From the NCBI GenBank assembly GCA_033762295.1, contig JANRLW010000046.1, positions 1-23,442 on the forward strand: DNA of 23,442 bases. The letters run 5' to 3'. The stretch comes from Capsulimonadales bacterium (lineage in GTDB: Bacteria > Armatimonadota > Armatimonadia > Armatimonadales > Armatimonadaceae). The notes beneath the pieces were generated by a model. That model saw only the letters and a list, made by a program, of their open reading frames with translations, made no database searches and was not told where the DNA came from. Both the position numbers and the translations under genes were made by a program. This document shows positions 16,526-23,442 of the stretch, piece by piece (positions within the stretch are counted from its first letter, which is position 1; every line of letters starts with the position of its first letter).

Positions 16526-16561
16526 TCTCCGGCCTTATTTCGCAAGCGCTGGCCGGAGAGC
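16524..16561. terminator. 11-bp inverted repeat, likely terminator of the convergent secreted-protein gene
   Basis: GCTCTCCGGCC-N16-GGCCGGAGAGC, 13 nt downstream of the stop at 16575. Confidence 0.65.
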
Positions 16562-16574
16562 ATCCGAACGGTGG

Positions 16575-17279
16575 TTATTTGACGGTGATCGTCCAGGTAT
16601 TCAGAAAACGACTTCCGAGTCCGGTTGGAATGTTGGGGTAGAAGTTATTTCCGGGCAGGATCAGGGTGCCATCGAGGCTCATGGTGTGCTTGCCCTTCTT
16701 GAGCGGCCTCTGAAGAAGGAGGTAACCTTCTCCGAAGACCGCCGCGATCGAACCGTAGCTGCTGGGCTGGCTGTAGAAAATCGGCGGATTGTAGATCTGT
16801 GCGGGTACGAACCACCGATCCTTATTGCAGGTGCTGTCGGCGACGACTTTGCCATCGATCTTCAGAACGAATTTGCTCAGTTCCCAGGAACCGGGCGGCA
16901 GGAGTGGGTCCGGGTTGAACGGCACCGGGGTTCCGGGCTGATACAGTTCGCCATAGAAGAACATAATGGTCATGACGAAGGGCGTGTTCCGCTTCAGCGT
17001 GATATTGAGGTGCCCTGTGGTTACGGCAGGATCCTCCGGTGTACCCGATCCGCTCACATATTCGCCGACCGGGAAAGGCAGCAATTTGACCTTCCCGATC
17101 TTATCGGGGCCGCCGGCGAGGTAGTTTCGGACATAGAGATTGAACCATTCGGCGCGAGTGCGGCCATAGAATTTTCCCCTGTGGTCGTCGTCCGCCCGGG
17201 CCTGGGTGACCGGTGCGAGGACGCTCAGGACGAGGAGCAACAAAGCTCCCAGAAGAGGGCTGTCGAATCTGCGTCGCAT
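16575..17279 (-). CDS. Secreted hypothetical protein, 234 aa
   Basis: Signal peptide MRRRFDSPLLGALLLLVLSVLAPVTQARA; RBS AGGGG; C-terminal EGYLLLQRPLKKGKHTMSLDG...TWTITVK. Confidence 0.85.
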   Translation of the reverse strand: MRRRFDSPLLGALLLLVLSVLAPVTQARADDDHRGKFYGRTRAEWFNLYVRNYLAGGPDKIGKVKLLPFPVGEYVSGSGTPEDPAVTTGHLNITLKRNTPFVMTIMFFYGELYQPGTPVPFNPDPLLPPGSWELSKFVLKIDGKVVADSTCNKDRWFVPAQIYNPPIFYSQPSSYGSIAAVFGEGYLLLQRPLKKGKHTMSLDGTLILPGNNFYPNIPTGLGSRFLNTWTITVK

Positions 17280-17492
17280 TTCTTCCCCTTGCCCTGATTC
17301 CGCAGGATTTGGGACGCGGTACCGGGCATTCCGTCCGCCAGGAATGTCTCCCCGCGGACGCCTCCAGACTACCGGGCCATCGTAACGCTCTCGTAACAAC
17401 GAACCCCGAATGAACGCCGACGCAAGGAATGTACTTTTTGACGGTAGGTGGACCGGGGCATGCCTCCGACGACGAGAAAGGACCTGCCATTT

Positions 17493-17735
17493 ATGGCGTT
17501 GACTCTTTCCGAGCCGACGTTACCCCGGTTGACCGAAGCCGCCGCTCAGTATGGCATGGATGCGGAGGAACGGTTGATTGCGTTGCCGGATCAACAGGAC
17601 GCCGCCTTCCCTCCTACGGAGGAGACCCATGCTGCCATTGCGGACGGAGTGGCCGAACTCGATGCCGGTCAGGGACGCCCCTTGGACGAGTATGTCGCCG
17701 AACAGCGGGCGAAGTGGGCCGCGCAAAAACCGTAG
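17493..17735 (+). CDS. ParD-like orphan antitoxin, 80 aa
   Basis: RBS GAAAGGA. The acidic C-terminus AAIADGVAELDAGQGRPLDEY resembles ParD-type antitoxins; the N-terminus LTLSEPT..RL..AA is RHH-like. Confidence 0.65.
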   Translation: MALTLSEPTLPRLTEAAAQYGMDAEERLIALPDQQDAAFPPTEETHAAIADGVAELDAGQGRPLDEYVAEQRAKWAAQKP

Positions 17736-17910
17736 AAATGGCGTCTGCCGGATTGAGGCGTCGGCTTTACCTCGATACCGCCCCTTGACACGTTGAGGAA
17801 CCGAACCCGCAAGGTGGACCGCCCGGGAGGTACGGAGAATTATACCGGAGACGCGAACGGGAACACGCTGGCTGGCGGCGGTCGTGCCAACAGTACCTGC
17901 TCGATACGGG

Positions 17911-20052
17911 TCAGAGGACGATTTTTTCCGGGGATACCTTTTCGAGCGCGGTAGCGGCGGCCCGCTGCAGCAGTTTGTCGGCGAGCGGTTCGATCTCTCT
18001 GGCGGCAATCGGCGGGCTGACCAGATACCCCTGCATACCGTCGCATTGCAGTCCCGTCAGCATCGACCGCTGGAGTTCCGTTTCGACCCCCTCCGCAATC
18101 ACTTCCAGGTCCATCTCATGCGCCAGTTCGATCAAGGCGCGTACCAGCGCCTCGCTCTTGCGATCCTCGGTCATGTCCGTGACGAACAGCCGGTCGATCT
18201 TCAGGACATCCAGCGGGAACTTACGAAGGTAGGCCAGCGACGAATACCCGATGCCGAAGTCGTCCACCGAGAGCCGAACTCCCAGGTCCTTCAGTCGCTT
18301 CAACATCGCCGGCGCATCGCTGCCCCGTAACAGGGTCGTTTCGGTCAGTTCCAGGTCGAGCAGGTCCGCCGGAAACCGGGACTCACGCAGGGCGTGCCGG
18401 ACCTGCTCGGGCAGGTTCACCTGCTCGAACTGCCTCGCCGACAGGTTGACCGATACCCGCCAGTCCCGTCCGGCCCGCTGCCAGCGTGCGCCCTGGCGGC
18501 ACGCCTCCCCGAGAACCCACTCGCCGATCTCGACGATCAGGCCCGTCTCCTCCGCCAGCGGAATGAACATCGCCGGCGATACCCGCCCGAGATGCGGATT
18601 CTCCCAGCGGATCAGGGCTTCGACGCCGAACATCCGACCGGTCTTCAGGTCGATTTGCGGCTGGTACAGCAGGATGAACTCGTCCCGCTCCAGAGCGCGC
18701 CGCAGATGCGTTTCCAGAACGAGCTGGTCCAGGGCGCGCGAGTTCATACTCTCCTGATAGAGTCGGAAACTGCCCCGTCCCTGCTCCTTCGCACGGTACA
18801 TCGCGACGTCGGCGTTCTGCAGCAGCGTCGTGATATCGGAACCGTCGTCCGGAGCGATCGTGATTCCGATACTGGCGGTCATATACAGCTCATGTCCGTC
18901 GATCAGGAACGGCGCGTTCAGCGAGTCGAGCAGCTTCTGAGCGACGACCGTGGCGTGCCGCGCCTGGGTCAGACACGGCAGCAGGATGGTGAACTCGTCG
19001 CCCCCGACCCGCGCGATGGTGTCGTCCGTTCGCAGGCGTTCCTGCAGACGATGGGCGACCTCCTGCAGCAGACGGTCGCCGATGCTGTGACCGAGGCTGT
19101 CATTGATCTGCTTGAACCGGTCCAGGTCGAAGAACAGGACCCCGACCTGATGCCCGTGCCGTTCCGCTTCGGCGATCGCCTTCCCGAGCCGATCCTGGTA
19201 CAGGTAGCGGTTCGGAAGATGGGTCAGAGCGTCATGGTTCGCCTGCCACCAGATCTGATCCTCGGCCCGCTTGCGCTCGGTGACGTCCCGCTGCATCGAG
19301 ATCCAGTATTTCAGTTCGCCGTTATCGTCGAAGATCGGCTGGATGTTGAGTTCCACCCAGAACTCGGAGCCATCCTTGCGGTAGTTGATCAGTTCCACCT
19401 GCACGGGTTCCCGCGCCTGTAACCGCGTTCGCAGAAAAGCCAGGGTGGCCGGGTCGGTACGTGGCCCCTGCAACATCTTGGGTGAACGGCCCAGGATCTC
19501 ATGCCGCTGGTACCCGGTCATGCGTTCGAACGCCCGGTTGACCCGGAGGACACGCGGATTCGACGGGTCGGCCTCGGCGATCATCACGACATCGTTCGCC
19601 GCCTCCACCGCCGCTTCCAGCAGGTTGAGCTGGCGGTCCATCTTTTCGTTGTCCCGCGCGACCTGCCGTTCCAGAGCCTGATTCGCTTCGGAAAGTTTGG
19701 CGACCTCGCCGGACGCCATCTCCGCCCGCAGACGCGCCTGCCGGGATTCCTCCTGCGCTTTAAGAAGCGCCTGCCGCTGGCTCAGGACCATCTTCTCCAG
19801 GCGACGCTCGTTGCGATCCGCGAAGACGAAGATCAGGGAGAGCAGTCCGAACGCGCCCAGAGCCGCGCCTCCCGCCAGATAGGGCGCGTTTTCCGCCTGG
19901 ATCACCGCGATCCGCGGCGCTTTCGGACCGGGCTTTTTGGCGACGGGGACCAGAGGCAGCAGGGCGAACACGATGGTCGCCGCGGTCAGGATACCGCTTC
20001 CCCAGAGAGCCAGACGCGCCGGACGTGAGGAGACGGTCCGGCGCAGGAACAT
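17911..20052 (-). CDS. Membrane-anchored PAS-GGDEF-EAL diguanylate cyclase/phosphodiesterase
   Basis: 2 TM helices, coiled coil, PAS/PAC (NYRKDGSEFW), HDALTHLPNR, GGDEF, EALIRW, DDFGIGYSSL, KIDR, AEGVET. Start placed at ATG 20052. Confidence 0.95.
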   Translation of the reverse strand: MFLRRTVSSRPARLALWGSGILTAATIVFALLPLVPVAKKPGPKAPRIAVIQAENAPYLAGGAALGAFGLLSLIFVFADRNERRLEKMVLSQRQALLKAQEESRQARLRAEMASGEVAKLSEANQALERQVARDNEKMDRQLNLLEAAVEAANDVVMIAEADPSNPRVLRVNRAFERMTGYQRHEILGRSPKMLQGPRTDPATLAFLRTRLQAREPVQVELINYRKDGSEFWVELNIQPIFDDNGELKYWISMQRDVTERKRAEDQIWWQANHDALTHLPNRYLYQDRLGKAIAEAERHGHQVGVLFFDLDRFKQINDSLGHSIGDRLLQEVAHRLQERLRTDDTIARVGGDEFTILLPCLTQARHATVVAQKLLDSLNAPFLIDGHELYMTASIGITIAPDDGSDITTLLQNADVAMYRAKEQGRGSFRLYQESMNSRALDQLVLETHLRRALERDEFILLYQPQIDLKTGRMFGVEALIRWENPHLGRVSPAMFIPLAEETGLIVEIGEWVLGEACRQGARWQRAGRDWRVSVNLSARQFEQVNLPEQVRHALRESRFPADLLDLELTETTLLRGSDAPAMLKRLKDLGVRLSVDDFGIGYSSLAYLRKFPLDVLKIDRLFVTDMTEDRKSEALVRALIELAHEMDLEVIAEGVETELQRSMLTGLQCDGMQGYLVSPPIAAREIEPLADKLLQRAAATALEKVSPEKIVL

Positions 20053-20287
20053 TGGCTGCGCCTCAGATTCCGTCGCATGGCTATTCGGTTCGGCCCCGAC
20101 CGCTGAGGCCGTCAATATCGGCTTTTGAACAAGTGTCACAACGAGGTATCCCGCTTCGATTGTCGGCAAGCCGGACGAATGCCTTGAGGTCTGTCTACCA
20201 CTTACCAGGGAGAAATGGTGCCATTCCTGTCGACGTATCGGTTTCGGAGCCCCCCGTGGACGCCCCTCCTCTCGCTCCCCGACGATG

Positions 20288-20296
20288 TGGTACACT
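20288..20296 (+). promoter_or_regulatory. Extended -10 promoter for mfd
   Basis: TG-G-TACACT, 40 nt upstream of the ATG; RBS GAAGGA. Confidence 0.6.
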
Positions 20297-20336
20297 GCAC
20301 CGGGTTTCACAGGGTGATCTGGCGAAGGAATCATTT

Positions 20337-23300
20337 ATGAATCTGTCCTCTCTGCTCGGGCTGACCGAAGGCTGGGAAACACTGAATGCGGTGCGGCAAG
20401 GGCTCTCGCGAGGACGACGCTCGGTGCTGCTTGAAGGTCTGCCGGTCGCGGCCAAAGCCTGGCTGCTGGCCCGTCTGTACGAGGAGACCGGTCGCCCCTT
20501 TCTCATCGTCACCTACGCGGAGGACCAGGCGGCGCGTCTGGCGACGGACCTTGAGACGTTCCTTCCGACCGGGTCTTCTCCGGTTCTGCAGCTGCCGTCC
20601 TCGTTACCGCTGCTCCTCGACGACGAGGAGTCGGTGCGCGACGTCGGGCGGGCGGGGCGTCGCCTGTCCACGCTGATCGCGCTGGCCAACGGCAGACCGT
20701 TCTCCGCCATCGTCGCGATCGCTCCCGCCCTGCTGCAGAAGACGCCCCCTCCGGAGATCCTTCGGAATCGCTTTCTGACATTCACCGTCGGGCAGAGCAT
20801 CAGTCCCGAGGCGACGGCGGTCCGTTTGAACGCCTTCGGCTACTCGCGCGAGGATCAGGTCAGCCTGCCGGGGACGTTCGCGCGGCGCGGCGATCTGATC
20901 GATATTTTCCCCGCCGACGCCGATCGACCCCTCCGCATCGATCTTTTCGGCGACGATATCGAGAGCATTCGCCCCTTCGATGTCGAGTCGCAGCGCAGCG
21001 AGGGGAAGATGGACAGCGTCACGATCGCGGCGGCGCACGAAGTCGTCTTCACACGCGACAGCATCGCCCGGGCGGCGTCGACTCTGCGGGAGCGGGCGGA
21101 GAAACGGATCGCCGCCCTGGAAGCGGCCGGCGAGGAGTCCTCGCGCCTCGATCGATTGCGGGAATCGGCGGAAAGCGATGTCGCCCGGATCGGACAGGCC
21201 GCCTACTTCGGCGGGATCGAACGGTATCTGCCGCTTCTCCATCCGAACGCCGTCTCGGCACTGGATTACGTGCCCGCCGAACTGCTGACCGTGATCGACG
21301 AACCGGCACAACTGAAATCGCACGCCGAACGCGATATCGACAGCATCCTGAAGAACCTGGCCGGTCGCGCCGAACGAGGCGAAATCCTGCCCGTCGACAC
21401 CCCGCTCTGCGTCGATTTCGAGGAAGGTGTTCGTCAGGCGTCCCACAACCGCCCCACCCTCTACTTCGAACTTCTCGCCCGCTCGCTGCCGTTCGTTCAT
21501 GCCGAGAACTCGGTCACCGCGCAGGCCGGGAACGCCGAGACATTCGCCGGACGCGCCGCGCCCTTCCTCGATGCCCTGACGACGTACGTCCGCAACCGGG
21601 TCCGGGTCGTCATCGTGTCGGCGCAGGCTCCCCGCATTCGCGGTATGCTCGGAAGCCGCGAACTGGGGGAGGTCCCCTTCGACTCGCTCCTCCCGGAAGG
21701 AGGCCGTCGGGCCGACGAGGGTGGGATCGCTCTGGTCAACGGGGTTCTCCGGAGCGGGTTCAAGATCACCGACGCCCGTCTGGTCGTCCTCACCGACAAT
21801 GAGGTTTTCGGAACGGTGGCGGACCGGCTTCGGCCGCGCAAACGCGAGTTCCGCGACGGCATGCGGATCACGTCGCTCCTCGACCTGAAGGAAGGGGATT
21901 TCGTGGTGCATATCAACCACGGGATCGGCCTTTACCGCGGCCTGACCCGGATGAAGGTCGCCGGGGTCGAGAAGGAATACCTGGAGATCCAGTACGAGGG
22001 CACCGACAAACTGTTCGTCAACGTGGATCAGGTGGATCGGGTCCAGAAATACATCGGATCGGAGGGAGCCGCCCCTCCGCTGAACAAGCTCGGGGGAAAC
22101 GAATGGGCCCGGACGACCGCCAAGGCCCAGCGGCAGGTCCGGGAAATCGCCAAAGACCTCATTGATCTCTACGCCGCGCGGTTCTCCACGCCGGGTCATG
22201 CCTATGCCGAGGACACCCCCTGGCAGCGGGAGATGGAGGACGCGTTCCCGTATACCGAAACGCCCGACCAGATGAGCGCGATCGTCGATGTGAAAAAGGA
22301 TCTCGAACAGCCCCGTCCGATGGACCGGCTGATCTGCGGCGACGTCGGTTTCGGCAAGACCGAGGTGGCGATGCGCGCCGCGTTCAAGGTCGCGTCCGAA
22401 GGTCGCCAGGTGGCCGTCCTCTGTCCGACGACCGTCCTGTGCGCTCAGCACTTCCAGACCTTTCGGGAACGCATGGCCGCCTTTCCGGTCCGGATCGATA
22501 TGCTTTCCCGGTTCCGGTCGAACCGGGAGCAGGCGAAAACCATCGAGGACATCCGCAACGGCGCGGTCGATATCGTGATCGGGACGCACCGCCTGCTGTC
22601 GAAAGACGTCGAGTTCAAGGATATCGGCCTGGTCGTCGTCGACGAGGAGCAGCGCTTCGGCGTCACTCACAAGGAGAAGCTGAAACAGCTGCGAAAGACG
22701 GTCGACGTGCTGGCGATGTCGGCGACCCCGATCCCGCGCACGCTGCAAATGTCCCTGTCGGGCATCCGGGATATGTCGCTGATCAACGATCCGCCCGAGG
22801 GTCGAACGCCGGTCAAAACGCTGATTAAGGAGTACGACGACGCTCTGGTGCGCGAGGCGATTCTGCGCGAACTGGATCGCGGCGGCCAGGTCTACTATAT
22901 CCATAACCGGATCGAAAGCATCTATCACGTCGCCCACCATCTGGAGAAGATCGTGCCGACCGCCCGATTCCGCGTCGGTCACGGCCAGATGAACGAGGAA
23001 CAACTCGAAGACACGATGATGGCCTTCTATCAGAAGGAGTTCGACGTCCTCATCTGCACCACCATCGTGGAATCGGGGCTGGATATCCCCAACGTTAATA
23101 CGATCATCATCGACAACGCGGACAAGTTCGGTCTGTCGCAGCTGTATCAGTTACGCGGACGGGTCGGACGGTCACGGACGCAGGCGTATGCGTACCTGCT
23201 GTACCAGCGCAACAAGGTATTGTCGACCATCGCGGAACAGCGTCTCGGCGCGTTGCGGGAGTTTTCCGATCTGGGTTCCGGTTACAAGATCGCCCTTCGC

Positions 23301-23442
23301 GACCTGGAACTGCGCGGCGCGGGCAATCTGCTCGGCGCGGAGCAGTCGGGAACGGTGGCTCAGGTCGGCTTCGATCTGTACATGCAGTTGCTGGAGCAGG
23401 CCGTCCGGGAGATGAAGGGCGAGGAGCCGTCGAAACAGGATA
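20337..23442 (+). CDS. mfd: Transcription-repair coupling factor, 3'-partial
   Basis: Absent from the ORF track because it has no stop in the window. Motifs [87 protein letters not shown]. Confidence 0.98.
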   Translation, partial: MNLSSLLGLTEGWETLNAVRQGLSRGRRSVLLEGLPVAAKAWLLARLYEETGRPFLIVTYAEDQAARLATDLETFLPTGSSPVLQLPSSLPLLLDDEESVRDVGRAGRRLSTLIALANGRPFSAIVAIAPALLQKTPPPEILRNRFLTFTVGQSISPEATAVRLNAFGYSREDQVSLPGTFARRGDLIDIFPADADRPLRIDLFGDDIESIRPFDVESQRSEGKMDSVTIAAAHEVVFTRDSIARAASTLRERAEKRIAALEAAGEESSRLDRLRESAESDVARIGQAAYFGGIERYLPLLHPNAVSALDYVPAELLTVIDEPAQLKSHAERDIDSILKNLAGRAERGEILPVDTPLCVDFEEGVRQASHNRPTLYFELLARSLPFVHAENSVTAQAGNAETFAGRAAPFLDALTTYVRNRVRVVIVSAQAPRIRGMLGSRELGEVPFDSLLPEGGRRADEGGIALVNGVLRSGFKITDARLVVLTDNEVFGTVADRLRPRKREFRDGMRITSLLDLKEGDFVVHINHGIGLYRGLTRMKVAGVEKEYLEIQYEGTDKLFVNVDQVDRVQKYIGSEGAAPPLNKLGGNEWARTTAKAQRQVREIAKDLIDLYAARFSTPGHAYAEDTPWQREMEDAFPYTETPDQMSAIVDVKKDLEQPRPMDRLICGDVGFGKTEVAMRAAFKVASEGRQVAVLCPTTVLCAQHFQTFRERMAAFPVRIDMLSRFRSNREQAKTIEDIRNGAVDIVIGTHRLLSKDVEFKDIGLVVVDEEQRFGVTHKEKLKQLRKTVDVLAMSATPIPRTLQMSLSGIRDMSLINDPPEGRTPVKTLIKEYDDALVREAILRELDRGGQVYYIHNRIESIYHVAHHLEKIVPTARFRVGHGQMNEEQLEDTMMAFYQKEFDVLICTTIVESGLDIPNVNTIIIDNADKFGLSQLYQLRGRVGRSRTQAYAYLLYQRNKVLSTIAEQRLGALREFSDLGSGYKIALRDLELRGAGNLLGAEQSGTVAQVGFDLYMQLLEQAVREMKGEEPSKQD

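Noticed and set aside
20053..20334. N-terminal extension of the GGDEF-EAL ORF to 807 aa
   Set aside because: It would cover the whole divergent promoter region up to the mfd RBS; ATG 20052 before the first TM helix is more plausible.
20604..23003. 799-aa - strand ORF
   Set aside because: Antisense shadow of mfd, which is the real gene on the + strand.

Overview
High-GC bacterial chromosome segment; the gene style suggests a lineage such as Armatimonadota, but this is an impression only. The left part is mostly housekeeping: purD (partial), tRNA-Glu(TTC) with a canonical sigma70 promoter, dGTPase, csbD, a HAD hydrolase, a three-gene ABC ATPase/permease/TPR-like operon resembling pilus-associated PilH/PilI/PilG (Xap) modules, and a lipA-tamB-like pair. 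The right part holds a TM-PAS-GGDEF-EAL protein and mfd (partial, missing from the ORF track). Between them (~12.75-17.9 kb) is a variable island with three homologous Rhs core-end fragments and no full-length rhs or VgrG/PAAR gene in the window. One fragment is a complete orphan module with an unrecognised hydrophobic C-terminal tip and a DUF3110-like partner. One has lost its toxin but keeps a coupled immunity-like ORF, and one is frameshifted and truncated. The island also has several tiny membrane ORFs, a toxin-first RelE/HTH addiction module, a secreted protein and an orphan ParD-like antitoxin. Three genes appear to be leaderless (TAnAnT-N5/6-GTG).
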